From: Bacteroidota bacterium
GTDB taxonomy: Bacteria > Bacteroidota > Bacteroidia > Chitinophagales > Chitinophagaceae
Length of the DNA stretch: 58,665 nt
Direction: 5' to 3'
NCBI GenBank assembly: GCA_041159435.1
Contig: JBEAYH010000048.1
Location: 1 to 58,665, forward strand
The position numbers and the translations under genes were made by a program. A model generated the notes under the pieces. It was not told the DNA's origin. It saw nothing but the letters and a program-made list of their open reading frames with translations, and did no database searches. Position 1 is the first letter of the stretch. Every line of letters starts with the position of its first letter. Positions 18,615-29,699 of the stretch are shown here, one piece after another.

Positions 18615-20630
18615 GTGAGTAAACAATTGAACAAAGTAACCGCAGCAGGGTTGCTCATCGCACTTGGAATCATTTACGGAGATATTGGAACTTCCCCTCT
18701 ATACGTATTCAGTGCTATCATCAATGGAAGGGTTATCAGTGATGAACTTATTTTAGGTGGTATTTCCTGCATCATTTGGACGCTCACCTTGCAAACAACA
18801 GTAAAATATGTGGTGCTTACGTTGCAAGCGGACAACCGTGGTGAGGGAGGTATTTTTTCACTGTATACACTTGTGAGAAGAAGAAAAAAATGGCTGATTG
18901 TACCAGCCATGATTGGAGGAGCTGCATTGCTTTCAGAGGGTATTATTACACCTCCTATTTCTGTTACATCTGCTATAGAGGGCCTTACGCAACTGCCCAA
19001 ATTTTCTGCCATTACTGAAATGCAAATTGTTTTCATTGTGCTCGGTATCTTGACAGCGCTTTTCTTTTTGCAGCAGTTTGGTACCGCCTCAATTGGTAAA
19101 CTTTTTGGTCCGGTTATGTTCATATGGTTTGCCATGCTTGCTGTGATGGGCATATACAATATGGTCGGCAACTGGCATGTATTGAACGCTTTCAATCCTT
19201 CTTATGCCATCAAATTGTTGATCAATTATCCAGGCGGATTCTGGCTACTGGGCGCTGTATTTCTGTGTACGACAGGAGCTGAGGCATTGTACTCTGACTT
19301 GGGACATTGTGGAAAACGAAATATTCGAATTACCTGGATTTGGGTCAAGACTGCATTGATATTGAATTACCTGGGACAAGGAGCCTATTTATTAGGGGAA
19401 AAAGGCAAATTATTTGCCAATGCGGGACTACTGAAAAATGCAGCATTTGCAGCTGCACATCCTGAAGCAGAATTGTTGCGAAATCCCTTTTATGCGATGA
19501 TGCCCAATGCATTTTTGTTGATTGGTATCATCATTGCAACCATGGCGGCTGTGGTTGCAAGTCAGGCGATGATCAGTGGTTCTTTTACGCTGGTAAGTGT
19601 GGCGATGCGACTGAATTTGTGGCCAAAATTCAGGATCAATTATCCGACCGAGGAGAGAGGACAACTTTTCATTCCTGCCATCAACACCATGCTCTTTTTG
19701 GGATGCTGTTTCATTGTATTGTATTTTAAAAGTTCCAGTAACATGGAAGCGGCATATGGATTGGCCATTACACTTTGTATGTTTGCCACCTCCATCCTCT
19801 TTGCCAATTATTTGGTTTTACACAGGGTGAATCCCCTTTGGATCTATTTATATCTCGCTGTTTACCTGACTATTGAATTCAGTTTTCTTGTTGCCAATCT
19901 CGAGAAATTTCCACACGGTGGTTTTGCCACTTTTGTTTTGGGTGGATTGTTTGTGATCATCATGTATATATGGTTCAAGGCAAGGAAAATCAAAAACAGG
20001 TATGTTGAATTTGCTCGATTGGATAATTATTTACCTGTACTGCAGGAATTGAGCAATGACCAATCTATCAATAAATATGCAACGCACCTGGTTTATTTGA
20101 GCAGTGCAAACAATCCCAAAGAAATTGAATACAAGATCATCCATTCTATATTGAATAAAAAACCCAAACGTGCCGATATCTACTGGTTTGTGCATGTTGA
20201 CACCTTGGATGATCCCTATACTTGCAAGTATGAGGTCCAAACCATCATACCCAATGAAGTAATTCGGGTTGAGTTTAGTTTGGGCTTCAGGGTTCAACCC
20301 AAGATCAACCTTATGTTTAGGAAGGTTGTAGAGGATATGGTTGCCAATAAGGAAGTAAACATTACCTCGCGTTACGAAAGTTTGGCTCGCAATAATATTG
20401 CTGGTGATTTTGAATTTGTTGTGATGGAAAAATTTTTGAGCCAGGACAATGAATTGCCATTCTGGGAGCAGGTAGTGATGAAATTATATTTTTGGTTAAA
20501 AGAGGTGTCGTTGTCTGAAGAAAAGGGATTCGGTCTCGATGCCAGCAATGTCACTGTTGAGAAATTTCCACTGGTGGTTGCACCTGTTAAGTCACTTAAA
20601 CTCAAAAGGGTTTATTCAGAAGAACTTTGA
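18615..20630 (+). CDS. kup: KUP/HAK/KT potassium transporter
   Basis: GIIYGDIGTSPLY, DNRGEGG, TGAEALYSDLGH and AAYGLAIT. TAACTTTG promoter at 18576-18583. Confidence 0.95.
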   Translation: MSKQLNKVTAAGLLIALGIIYGDIGTSPLYVFSAIINGRVISDELILGGISCIIWTLTLQTTVKYVVLTLQADNRGEGGIFSLYTLVRRRKKWLIVPAMIGGAALLSEGIITPPISVTSAIEGLTQLPKFSAITEMQIVFIVLGILTALFFLQQFGTASIGKLFGPVMFIWFAMLAVMGIYNMVGNWHVLNAFNPSYAIKLLINYPGGFWLLGAVFLCTTGAEALYSDLGHCGKRNIRITWIWVKTALILNYLGQGAYLLGEKGKLFANAGLLKNAAFAAAHPEAELLRNPFYAMMPNAFLLIGIIIATMAAVVASQAMISGSFTLVSVAMRLNLWPKFRINYPTEERGQLFIPAINTMLFLGCCFIVLYFKSSSNMEAAYGLAITLCMFATSILFANYLVLHRVNPLWIYLYLAVYLTIEFSFLVANLEKFPHGGFATFVLGGLFVIIMYIWFKARKIKNRYVEFARLDNYLPVLQELSNDQSINKYATHLVYLSSANNPKEIEYKIIHSILNKKPKRADIYWFVHVDTLDDPYTCKYEVQTIIPNEVIRVEFSLGFRVQPKINLMFRKVVEDMVANKEVNITSRYESLARNNIAGDFEFVVMEKFLSQDNELPFWEQVVMKLYFWLKEVSLSEEKGFGLDASNVTVEKFPLVVAPVKSLKLKRVYSEEL

Positions 20631-21056
20631 TTACCTGAGCCTGTCGGCACTGCTCAGTAATTGCTCATCTTTTCTTATCCCGATAAATGCAAATACCTGA
20701 AAAAGCAGGATGAAGATGGGAAGAATAGCACTGATTTCCCAATTTCCTTGTGGTATGTGAAAAGTTGATTTGAATTCTTTCACTATAAAAAACTGTGCAG
20801 TTATAAAACCGATGGTTGCAATGGAAGTTGCTGCGATAACAGATTTTTGTCTTTTTCTGTTTTGGAAAAAGAAAATATTGATGAAGCTGCTGGAAGCAAT
20901 GAAAGCAATGAGAAATAGCAGCACTACACTCTCCCTGACAGAAAATATTTTCAAACTGCCATCTGCGGCGGTTCCGGCGAAAGTTGGAACCAGCCAGGTA
21001 ATTCCTGCACATGCTGTACTCAGCAATAACCACAACGATTGAATGCGTTGAATCAT
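20631..21056 (-). CDS. DUF4293 family membrane protein
   Basis: Characteristic MIQRIQSLWLLL N-terminus, FF.NRK.Q and IRKDE.L..SADRLR C-terminus. Confidence 0.85.
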   Translation of the reverse strand: MIQRIQSLWLLLSTACAGITWLVPTFAGTAADGSLKIFSVRESVVLLFLIAFIASSSFINIFFFQNRKRQKSVIAATSIATIGFITAQFFIVKEFKSTFHIPQGNWEISAILPIFILLFQVFAFIGIRKDEQLLSSADRLR

Positions 21057-21066
21057 AAATTAGTTT

Positions 21067-22344
21067 TTAGCCAAGTTCAGGATAGAGTGGGAATTGCTGC
21101 ATGAAAGACTTTACATCTTCTTTTACTGAAGCGATTACTTGTTCATCATCTGCATGCATGATCACTTTATCAATCATTTCCACCACCGTTTGCATGTGCT
21201 CGGCTTTTAGTCCCCTGGTTGTAATGGCAGGAACTCCGATTCTGATTCCTGATGTTACAAAAGGACTCTTGTCATCAAATGGAACGGCATTTTTATTCAG
21301 TGTAATATGTGCTCTGTCAAGTGTCTCCTGTGCTTTTTTACCTGTAACATTCTTGTTTCTAAGGTCAATCAGCATCAAGTGATTTTCTGTTCCGCCACTG
21401 ATCAGGTGGTATCCTTTTGCTACAAATCCAGCTGCCATTTTTTGGGCATTGTCCTTCACCTGTTGTTGGTATGCTTTGAATGATGGATCCAGGATTTCGC
21501 CAAATGCTACTGCCTTTGCTGCGATGACATGTTCCAGCGGACCGCCCTGCATTCCAGGGAAAACAGCCAAGTCAAGCAAAGCACTCATGGATCTGATATT
21601 CCCTTTCGGATCTTTGATGCCAAATGGATTGTCGAAATCATTTCTCATCATGATCACGCCGCCTCTTGGTCCTCTCAAGGTTTTGTGTGTGGTAGATGTT
21701 ACAATATGACAATGATCAAATGGGTCGTTTAGTAAACCAGCAGCCACGAGTCCGGCAGGATGCGCAATATCAGCCAATACCAATGCACCGATTTCATCAG
21801 CAACTGCTCTGATGCGTTTATAGTCCCAGTCCCTGCTATATGCCGAGGCACCGCAGATGATCATTTTTGGTTTTTCTTTTCTTGCGATCTCCTCCAGTTG
21901 ATGGTAATTCACCAAACCGGTTTCTTTGTCAACTCCATAGAAAAATCCCTGATATGTTTTTCCGCTAAAGTTAGCAGGACTCCCATGTGTAAGGTGTCCG
22001 CCCATGCTCAGGTCCAGGCCAAGTATTTTATCACCTGGTTTCAGGCATGCAAGAAATACAGCAGTGTTGGCTTGTGCACCACTGTGCGGTTGCACGTTGG
22101 TCCAGGTTGCGTTGAAAACTTTTTTCAATCTGTCAATGGCCAATTGCTCAATCTCATCTACCACTTCACATCCGCCATAATATCTTTTTCCGGGGTAGCC
22201 TTCGGCATATTTATTGGTAGCTACAGAGCCCATGGCCTGCATCACTTGAAGGGAAGTAAAGTTTTCTGAAGCGATGAGTTCGATGCCTTCTCTTTGTCTT
22301 TTTAGTTCTTTATTCAGTAGATCGAAAATCAGTTGATCGCGCAT
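21067..22344 (-). CDS. glyA: Serine hydroxymethyltransferase
   Basis: [29 protein letters not shown] and [20 protein letters not shown] promoter at 22361-22368. Confidence 0.97.
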   Translation of the reverse strand: MRDQLIFDLLNKELKRQREGIELIASENFTSLQVMQAMGSVATNKYAEGYPGKRYYGGCEVVDEIEQLAIDRLKKVFNATWTNVQPHSGAQANTAVFLACLKPGDKILGLDLSMGGHLTHGSPANFSGKTYQGFFYGVDKETGLVNYHQLEEIARKEKPKMIICGASAYSRDWDYKRIRAVADEIGALVLADIAHPAGLVAAGLLNDPFDHCHIVTSTTHKTLRGPRGGVIMMRNDFDNPFGIKDPKGNIRSMSALLDLAVFPGMQGGPLEHVIAAKAVAFGEILDPSFKAYQQQVKDNAQKMAAGFVAKGYHLISGGTENHLMLIDLRNKNVTGKKAQETLDRAHITLNKNAVPFDDKSPFVTSGIRIGVPAITTRGLKAEHMQTVVEMIDKVIMHADDEQVIASVKEDVKSFMQQFPLYPELG

Positions 22345-22376
22345 GTAGTGGGATTTTGCGCAAAATTAACCCTTTT

Positions 22377-22988
22377 TTAAACACCCAATTGGATGAGTTG
22401 TGTACATCCCTCGATTTCGCTTTGGTCGTTGCTGCTGATGATGACAATGCGGTTTTTGGTATGGTTGCTGAGCAAATCTTTATACAGGGCAATTCCCGAC
22501 TGATCAAGGTTTGTACAAGGCTCGTCAAGCAATAAAACGGGGGTTTCACTGAAAAAAGCCTGCGCCAGTTTGATGCGTTGTTTCATGCCGCTGCTGAAAT
22601 ACCGGATTTGTTTATGGGCATGTTTGGACAATCCAATTTGATCAATGATGTCAGCGATGGTGGTCTTGTAGTGAAATGATTTGAATTGTTGGTGGTAAAC
22701 AAAAAATTCAAGTGCTGTCATTTCTTCAATTACTTCCAGGTAAGGTGCACAAATGGAAACATGGGAAAAGACTTCTTCATTGGGAATGATTTTTCCATTG
22801 TTGTTGAAAATGACTTCACCTTCTGAAAACATTGTTGATCCTGCAATGCATTGCAGCAAAGTTGATTTTCCAGATCCATTGTGTCCGGTGATGGCATAGG
22901 TTTCCTTGTCAGAAAAACTTGCATGAAGATTTTTGAATATCCAATCTCTGTTGAATCTCTTTCCTGCATCAATCAACCGAATCTCCAT
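22377..22988 (-). CDS. ABC transporter ATP-binding protein (no cognate permease adjacent)
   Basis: GHNGSGKST, FSSGMKQR and LLLDEP. Start at MEIRL, overlapping the lpxA stop. Confidence 0.85.
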   Translation of the reverse strand: MEIRLIDAGKRFNRDWIFKNLHASFSDKETYAITGHNGSGKSTLLQCIAGSTMFSEGEVIFNNNGKIIPNEEVFSHVSICAPYLEVIEEMTALEFFVYHQQFKSFHYKTTIADIIDQIGLSKHAHKQIRYFSSGMKQRIKLAQAFFSETPVLLLDEPCTNLDQSGIALYKDLLSNHTKNRIVIISSNDQSEIEGCTQLIQLGV

Positions 22989-23775
22989 CTGATGTTGATT
23001 TAGAGCGTCCTCGGATGATACCTCTTTTGCTTTCCTTGATGAATGCAATGATTGTTGATTTCAATGCTGATGCTGTTGTGTCGTTTTCCAGTTTTTCCAA
23101 TGCCTGTGATACATTTAGATTGCTGTTGTACAGGATGCGATATACATCCATGATCTCATTGATTGATTCTGATGAGAAGCCTCTTCTTCTCAATCCAACA
23201 GAATTGATACCAGAGAAACAGGTAGGTATGTTTCCCGCCCTTACAAAGGGAGGCACATCTTTTCTGACCGTTGTGAAGCCTCCTATATATGCATGATCAC
23301 CGATTCGCACAAATTGATTTACACCACACATCCCGGAGATGATGGCATAATCACCCAGGGTTACATGTCCAGCCAATTGCGTGCTATTGCTCATGATGCA
23401 ATGGTTGCCAATAATACAATCATGTGCAACATGGCAGTAGGCCATGATCAGGCAATTGGTTCCAATCACCGTTTTCATTTTATCCTGCGTGCCTTTGTGT
23501 ATGGATACAAATTCTCTGATGATCGTATGGTCTCCAATTTCAGCAGTTGTTTTTTCTCCATCAAATTTCAAATCTGCAGGAGGAGCGGAGATGATTGCGC
23601 CATGAAAAACCTGGCAGTGATTGCCGATTCTTGCACCATTCATGATGGTTACGTTGCTGCCAATCGAGCAATGATCTCCAATCACAACATCCTCTTCGAT
23701 GGTTGTAAATGCATCGATGCGGACATGCTTACCAATCTTGGCGTTGGGGTGGACGATGCTTTGGGGATGAATCAT
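22969..23775 (-). CDS. lpxA: Acyl-ACP--UDP-N-acetylglucosamine O-acyltransferase
   Basis: Hexapeptide repeats, DLKF.GE, IREFVSI, HVAHDC, KDVPPF and N.VGLRRRGF. Confidence 0.95.
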   Translation of the reverse strand: MIHPQSIVHPNAKIGKHVRIDAFTTIEEDVVIGDHCSIGSNVTIMNGARIGNHCQVFHGAIISAPPADLKFDGEKTTAEIGDHTIIREFVSIHKGTQDKMKTVIGTNCLIMAYCHVAHDCIIGNHCIMSNSTQLAGHVTLGDYAIISGMCGVNQFVRIGDHAYIGGFTTVRKDVPPFVRAGNIPTCFSGINSVGLRRRGFSSESINEIMDVYRILYNSNLNVSQALEKLENDTTASALKSTIIAFIKESKRGIIRGRSKSTSDGDSVD

Positions 23776-23784
23776 GAACCAGTG

Positions 23785-25194
23785 TTAAGAATTCTCTCTT
23801 TTAACCAATTGCGCCATCAGGTAGGCTTCGGCTGCAATTTTATTTCCAACGAAAACAGTACCGATCATTTCACAAATTCCTCTGCGAATGGGACCGAGCA
23901 ACTCCAACTTCAACAGCAATGTATCACCAGGCACTACTTTCATTTTGAATTTACAATTGTCAATTTTCAGGAAGTAGGTATCATAGTCGCCAGGAGGAAG
24001 ACAATTGATGGCAAGGATTCCGCCCGCCTGTGCCAGTGCTTCAATTTGCAGCACACCTGGCATGATGGGATTACCGGGAAAGTGTCCTGAGAAAAAAGGT
24101 TCGTTCGCAGTTACATTTTTTACACCTACTATATGGTTGTCAGAGAGTTCTATGATTTTATCTACCAGCAAGAATGGATACCTGTGCGGCAGTTTTTTCT
24201 CAATTTCAGGTGTATTGTAGACTGGAGGCAGGTTGGGGTCATAAGAAGGGATATTCTTCAGGGATTTATTCTTTTTGATGTGTTGCTTGATTTTTTTAGC
24301 CAATTCTACATTGGAATAATGACCTGGTCTGTTCGCGATGATATGCGCTTTGATGGGGAATCCCACGAGTGCAAGATCGCCCACAATATCCAACAGTTTA
24401 TGCCTTGCAGGCTCATTGGTATGTCTGAGTTCAAGGTTGTTTAGAAAACCTTGGCTGTTTACATCGAAGTCAGAATTTTTGAATGCCTTTCCCAGTTTCT
24501 TTTTCACTTCATCAGTCAAAGGTTTTTCAACAACTACGATGGCATTGTTGATGTCTCCACCTTTGATGAGGTTGTTGGCCAACAAGGCTTCCAGTTCATG
24601 CAGAAAACAAAATGTTCTGCTGGATGCAATTTGGTCTTTGAAATCACCAATTTTCTTCAGCGAGGCGTGTTGTGTGCCCAACACATCGCTGTTGAAATCA
24701 ATCAATGTGGTGACATGGTAATCAACTGCAGGAGTTGCCTTGAGTTCCACTCCTCTTTCTTCGTCAATATGAACAATATTGGTATCAATTGTATACCAAT
24801 CTTTAGAGGCTTCCTGCTCAGCAACACCGGCTTTCTCAATTGCCTCTACAAATTGAATGGCACTTCCATCCATGATAGGCACTTCCGGTCCATCTACTTC
24901 AATCAGGCAATTGTCAACACCCATACCCACCAATGCAGCCAGGATATGTTCAACTGTACTGATTCTTGCACCATTGAATTCAAGGGTGGTTCCTCGGGTT
25001 GTTTCTACAACCAGATCACAATCTGCTTTGATGATGGGCTGTTCTTGGAGATCCATTCTTTTGAACTGAAATCCGTATCCGGGCTCTGCTGGTTGCAGTG
25101 TCATATTCACTGTTGCGCCGGTATGCAGTCCTGTTCCTGAAATCTTTGCAGCTTGTTGAAGGGTGTGCTGCTTGTTAGGATTGAAATCTTTCAC
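23785..25194 (-). CDS. lpxC-fabZ: Bifunctional LpxC deacetylase / FabZ dehydratase
   Basis: GTGLHTG, TVEHILAAL, SRTFCF and HKLLDIVGDL, then LPHRYPFLLVD and GHFPGNPIMPGVL. GTG start at 25194 inferred from the TATCTTTG promoter at 25216-25223. Confidence 0.93.
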   Translation of the reverse strand: MKDFNPNKQHTLQQAAKISGTGLHTGATVNMTLQPAEPGYGFQFKRMDLQEQPIIKADCDLVVETTRGTTLEFNGARISTVEHILAALVGMGVDNCLIEVDGPEVPIMDGSAIQFVEAIEKAGVAEQEASKDWYTIDTNIVHIDEERGVELKATPAVDYHVTTLIDFNSDVLGTQHASLKKIGDFKDQIASSRTFCFLHELEALLANNLIKGGDINNAIVVVEKPLTDEVKKKLGKAFKNSDFDVNSQGFLNNLELRHTNEPARHKLLDIVGDLALVGFPIKAHIIANRPGHYSNVELAKKIKQHIKKNKSLKNIPSYDPNLPPVYNTPEIEKKLPHRYPFLLVDKIIELSDNHIVGVKNVTANEPFFSGHFPGNPIMPGVLQIEALAQAGGILAINCLPPGDYDTYFLKIDNCKFKMKVVPGDTLLLKLELLGPIRRGICEMIGTVFVGNKIAAEAYLMAQLVKRENS

Positions 25195-25273
25195 GATTGC
25201 AGATTTTTGGTACAGCAAAGATAATCCATTTTATCAAGGACTACTTTTGATATAAATTATTGAAAATCAATAT

Positions 25274-26332
25274 TTATGAAGAAAGTTCCTCTTTTTCTTT
25301 GATCAGTATTTCAATGAGGTTTTCCAGCTCTTTGATTTTTTTGTCCAAATCAGGCAGTTTTCTGAAAATGGCATTCGCACGCATGGCTGAGCTGAATTCG
25401 AAAGCGGGACTTCCTGTGATGATGGTATCTTTTTCGCGTATGCTTTTGGAGACGCCACTTTGTCCATTGATTTTTGCCCCATCTGCGATTTGTATATGTC
25501 CAACGATTCCCGCCTGTCCCCCGATCGTTACATGATTTCCAATTTTTGTACTGCCGCTAATGCCAGCTTGTGCCGCAACGACGGTGTTTTGTCCCACCTC
25601 TACATTGTGCGCAATTTGTACAAGGTTATCCAACTTGGTTCCCTTTTTTATGGTAGTTGAACCCATGGTTGCCCTGTCGATGCAAACATTGGCTCCAATT
25701 TCAACGTGGTCTTCCACAATAACATTTCCCAGTTGTGGTACTTTTTTGTAGATCCCGTCAGATTGAGGAGCGAAACCAAAGCCATCGCTTCCGATGACAG
25801 TTCCTGCATGTATGAGCACATGCTTCCCAATGGTGCAATGATGGTATATTTTCACACCGGCAAAAAGGATGGTATTGTCTCCAATAGTTGCACCGGTTCC
25901 CAGATAGGTGTGGGGATACAATTTTACATTGTCTCCAATGACTGCATTTTCACCTACATAAGTGAATGCAGCAATGTATACATCCTTTCCGATTTTGGCA
26001 GATGGATGAACAAAGGAAGGCTGTTCGATGCCCACAAGATTGGTAGAAAGTACATTCTGATAGTAGCGCATCAATTTGGCGAAACTGGCATATGGATCAC
26101 TTACCTTGATCAAAGTAGGTCTTACATTTTCTTTCAATTCCAATACGTTCGATACGATTACAATCGATGCTTTGGTGGTATACAGGTGGTCTTCGTACTT
26201 GGGATTGGCAAGAAAACTGATATCGCCTTCTTTTCCATCTTCAATTTTGGAGAAGCCGTTCACTGATACGTTTTCATTTCCTTCGATTTTACCACTGATA
26301 TGTGTCGCAATTTGCAATGCCGTGAACTTCAT
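25274..26332 (-). CDS. lpxD: UDP-3-O-(3-hydroxyacyl)glucosamine N-acyltransferase
   Basis: [32 protein letters not shown] and [10 protein letters not shown]. Confidence 0.95.
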   Translation of the reverse strand: MKFTALQIATHISGKIEGNENVSVNGFSKIEDGKEGDISFLANPKYEDHLYTTKASIVIVSNVLELKENVRPTLIKVSDPYASFAKLMRYYQNVLSTNLVGIEQPSFVHPSAKIGKDVYIAAFTYVGENAVIGDNVKLYPHTYLGTGATIGDNTILFAGVKIYHHCTIGKHVLIHAGTVIGSDGFGFAPQSDGIYKKVPQLGNVIVEDHVEIGANVCIDRATMGSTTIKKGTKLDNLVQIAHNVEVGQNTVVAAQAGISGSTKIGNHVTIGGQAGIVGHIQIADGAKINGQSGVSKSIREKDTIITGSPAFEFSSAMRANAIFRKLPDLDKKIKELENLIEILIKEKEELSS

Positions 26333-26387
26333 AAATCTGTTCCTTTTTTAATTGTAACGGGAGGTGTCGATCGGAAGGTATGCAAAC

Positions 26388-27623
26388 CTATGACTGATTT
26401 TTTTGCGTTTTGTTACAAGAAATGTAAAATTTTTTAACAGGCTGTGAAATGTGCTGATGAATCAGGGGTGAATCAACTTGAGAAATATCTCTGACAGTCC
26501 CATCTTTATATAAGATGTTTATCTTCTCTTCATGTGGATTATACAGACTGTTTTCGGCTACACCTGTAAATACAAGAAATTGTGTGTCCTCCATGCTCAA
26601 TCCCCATTCACGCGCAGTTTCCTTTCTTTTTTCAGCTACCTCTTCGTCTGAAATCGGATCATTTTGGATGGTCAGTTTCAGGAGATTTCTGTTCAGAATG
26701 GCGGAGGACAACATCGAAATAATTTTATCAGAGTGGTTTTTCCACTTTTTGATTTCGCCCATTACATCACTGTCATCGAGTGAACAAAACATTTCAAGGT
26801 AGTTGTTGTCAAATTGGCTTTTTCTATCAAATAGTATATTTCCCAATCCGTTTGAACTGGCAACTGAGCTATCTCCTTTTTTGAAAAGCCAAACGGCACG
26901 TTCAAGAATTTTTACAAGTGTCATTTCTGCACTGAGCACTGTTTTGTGCTGGTATACTTGCCAATACATCAACCTTCTTGCAACCAGAAAATTTTCAATG
27001 GAGTAAATGCCTTTTTCTTCCACCATCAACGAGCCTTCGTGGACTGTCAGCATTTTTAGTATTCTGTCACATCCTACACTTCCTTCTATCACACCAGTAA
27101 AAAAGCTGTCTCTCGTCAGGTAGTCCATGCGGTCTACATCCAGTTGTCCACTGACCAATTGGTGTAAAAATTTTTTATGGTAAGCACCTGTGAAAATTTC
27201 AATGGCCATATTGAGTTGGCCGTTGAATTTTTCATTGAGTGCATGCATGATCATCAGCGAAATGGCTTCGTGCTCTAGGTCTTTTACAAGTATCGATTCC
27301 AACGCATGCGAAAATGGACCATGACCAACATCATGCAGCAGGATGGCAATTTTTGCTGCCTGTTCTTCCTGATCTGTTATGGCGATTCCTTTTTGCCTGA
27401 GTTCATACAAGGCACTCCCCATCAAATGGTAGGCGCCCAATGCATGGTGAAGCCTGGAGTGAACAGCACCAGGATACACGAGATAAGACATGGCCATCTG
27501 ATTGATTCTTCTCAATCGCTGTACCCATGGGTGTGAAATGATTTCATAAATCAACGGATCATTGATGGTGATGAATCCATGTACCGGGTCATTGATGAAT
27601 TTTCTGAATCCCATGATGCTCAT
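26388..27623 (-). CDS. HD-domain phosphohydrolase (SAMHD1/YwfO-like)
   Basis: DPVHG, QRLRRI.Q, YPGA.HSR..H, LLHDVGHGPFSH, LDVDRMDYL.RD and MYWQVY.HK. TACCTTTG promoter at 27649-27656. Confidence 0.9.
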   Translation of the reverse strand: MSIMGFRKFINDPVHGFITINDPLIYEIISHPWVQRLRRINQMAMSYLVYPGAVHSRLHHALGAYHLMGSALYELRQKGIAITDQEEQAAKIAILLHDVGHGPFSHALESILVKDLEHEAISLMIMHALNEKFNGQLNMAIEIFTGAYHKKFLHQLVSGQLDVDRMDYLTRDSFFTGVIEGSVGCDRILKMLTVHEGSLMVEEKGIYSIENFLVARRLMYWQVYQHKTVLSAEMTLVKILERAVWLFKKGDSSVASSNGLGNILFDRKSQFDNNYLEMFCSLDDSDVMGEIKKWKNHSDKIISMLSSAILNRNLLKLTIQNDPISDEEVAEKRKETAREWGLSMEDTQFLVFTGVAENSLYNPHEEKINILYKDGTVRDISQVDSPLIHQHISQPVKKFYISCNKTQKNQS

Positions 27624-27723
27624 TTGTTAATTTTCCGAAACGATGCTGCAAAGGTACTTACCTGTTGATCGATTCATTAACTTTATTCAAGCCATTTGAC
27701 GTTTTTTTCTCAAAAATAATTGC

Positions 27724-29280
27724 ATGTCTCTTGCCAGTATATTATGGGTGGATGATGAAATCGAGATCCTGGAAGCCCACAAGCTTTTTCTGGAAATGAA
27801 GGGTTACCGCGTCATTTGCATGACCAATGGTTTTGATGCACTTGATTTTCTCCAAAAACAGGAAGTCGATTTGATCCTGCTGGACGAATCCATGCCGGGT
27901 ATGAGTGGACTTGAGACACTGCAAAGAATCAAAAGGTTGTATGCACATACACCTGTGGTGTTGGTCACCAAAAATGAAACGGAGAGTCTGATGGAAGAGG
28001 CCATTGGAGCACAAATCACTGATTATTTGATCAAGCCTGTCAATCCAAACCAAGTTTTGCTGACCCTTAAAAAAAATTTAGACAACAAAAGGCTTATCAC
28101 AGAATCCATCGTCTCCAACTATCAACAACAGTTCCGTTCGATGTTTGATGCACTGGGTGAATCCCCTACATTCAAAAGCTGGACGCAGGTATACCAGCAG
28201 CTGGTTTATTGGGAGCTTGAAATGGAGAAAAGCGATACCATAGAAATGAGCGAAATATTATTGGACCAAAAAAAAGAGGCCAATGCTGCTTTTTTTAAGT
28301 TCATCTCCAGAAATTATACTTCTTGGATCAATCACCCTGATGAACATGCACCGGTATTGAGTCACCAGTATTTTTCAAAAAAACTGCTTCCATTTATCTC
28401 GAAAGAAAAACCTTTGATCTGGTTGCTCATTGATAATTTCCGTTATGATCAATGGAAGGCCATTGAACCGATGGTGGCATCATTGTTCAGAATCCAAGAG
28501 GAAGATTGCTTTTATTCCATCCTTCCAACTGCCACGCATTATTGCCGCAATGCAATTTTTTCTGGACTTCTGCCCAGCAACATCGAAAAGAAATTTCCGG
28601 ACTTGTGGAAAAAGGATGATGATGAAGATGGGAAAAACAACCATGAGGAAGCCTTTTTCAGGTCACAACTTCAATCCTTGGGGAGGACAGATATTCGGTT
28701 TTCGTATCATAAAATTTTAAACAATACCGATGCAATCAAATTGGCAGAAAACACATCTGTATTGCTGAATGATGATTTAACCATCATTGTATACAATTTC
28801 GTAGACATGATCAGCCATGCGAGAACAGATATGGATATGATCAAAGAACTGGCCGCAGATGAAAAAGCATACAGAAGTCTGACCAAGACATGGTTCTCAC
28901 ATGCTCCTTTGTTTCAGATGCTCAAAAAGCTTTCACAGAAAAACTGTCAAGTGGTCCTTTCAACTGATCATGGAAGTCTGCAGGTCAAAAATCCACTTAA
29001 AGTGTTAGCTGACAGACAAACAACCAATAACCTGCGGTATAAAAACGCAAAGAACCTGGATGTTGATTTGCGTGAAGTGCTCTCTTTCAAAGATCCATTG
29101 GTAGCGGGACTCCCCAAATCAAACATCAGCTCCTCCTTTATTTTTGCAGGCAAGCAAGATTTCTTCTGCTATCCGAATCATTTCAATCAGTTCGCACAAC
29201 TGTATAAAAATAGTTTTCAGCATGGAGGAATTTCAATGGAAGAAATGATTATACCCTCGATAAGGATGAGCAACAGATGA
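27724..29280 (+). CDS. porX: Response regulator with a PglZ/alkaline-phosphatase-superfamily domain (PorX)
   Basis: Receiver domain (WVDDE, LLDESMPG, YLIKP), then IDNFRYDQW, LPTAT...RNAIFSG, VDMISH, TDHG and QHGGISMEEM. Confidence 0.88.
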   Translation: MSLASILWVDDEIEILEAHKLFLEMKGYRVICMTNGFDALDFLQKQEVDLILLDESMPGMSGLETLQRIKRLYAHTPVVLVTKNETESLMEEAIGAQITDYLIKPVNPNQVLLTLKKNLDNKRLITESIVSNYQQQFRSMFDALGESPTFKSWTQVYQQLVYWELEMEKSDTIEMSEILLDQKKEANAAFFKFISRNYTSWINHPDEHAPVLSHQYFSKKLLPFISKEKPLIWLLIDNFRYDQWKAIEPMVASLFRIQEEDCFYSILPTATHYCRNAIFSGLLPSNIEKKFPDLWKKDDDEDGKNNHEEAFFRSQLQSLGRTDIRFSYHKILNNTDAIKLAENTSVLLNDDLTIIVYNFVDMISHARTDMDMIKELAADEKAYRSLTKTWFSHAPLFQMLKKLSQKNCQVVLSTDHGSLQVKNPLKVLADRQTTNNLRYKNAKNLDVDLREVLSFKDPLVAGLPKSNISSSFIFAGKQDFFCYPNHFNQFAQLYKNSFQHGGISMEEMIIPSIRMSNR

Positions 29281-29375
29281 ATGAATTTTTCTTATTCACA
29301 TTTGACTCTTAAAATGTTCACAATTAATGATTTGAGTACAGGTAAAACCTTGCAGCATTCAGTAAATTTGTACAA

Positions 29376-29672
29376 ATGAGTGTTATGAAACTGAAATTCA
29401 CTCCATCGACACTAGAGAAGCTGGAAAAAATTGTTGACGAAGCGGGGTACATTCTCAGATACGAAAGAGGAACCTTTCAAAGTGGCTATTGCATTCTTGA
29501 ATCGAAAAAAGTTGTTGTCTTGAACAAGTTTCTTCAAACCGAAGGAAGGATCAATACTTTGATTGATTTGATCGCTGCGATTCAGGTCAATGTTGACCAA
29601 TTAACCGAAGAAAGCAGAAAAATATTTGAAGAAGTCACAGCAGGAACTGCATTTGATTCACATGCTGCTTAA
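29376..29672 (+). CDS. Conserved small hypothetical protein
   Basis: YILRYERGTFQSGYCIL..KKVVVLNKF. TAAATTTG promoter at 29363-29370. Confidence 0.7.
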   Translation: MSVMKLKFTPSTLEKLEKIVDEAGYILRYERGTFQSGYCILESKKVVVLNKFLQTEGRINTLIDLIAAIQVNVDQLTEESRKIFEEVTAGTAFDSHAA

Positions 29673-29699
29673 ATTTGACTTCATTCAATTTTATCCATT

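Noticed and set aside
23293-25140. Long + strand ORFs (265 aa and 229 aa) opposite lpxA and lpxC
   Set aside because: Antisense shadows of well-conserved genes, with no recognisable motifs or promoter.
23785-25194. lpxC-fabZ fusion as a novelty
   Set aside because: This is a well-known Bacteroidota feature.
27724-29280. PglZ domain as a sign of a BREX defence system
   Set aside because: It is fused to a receiver domain (PorX architecture), and no brxC, pglX or brxL is nearby.
29292-29300. Single perfect DnaA boxes (TTATTCACA here, TTATGCACA at 44956-44964)
   Set aside because: Isolated 9-mers of this degeneracy are expected several times by chance in 58 kb of AT-rich DNA.
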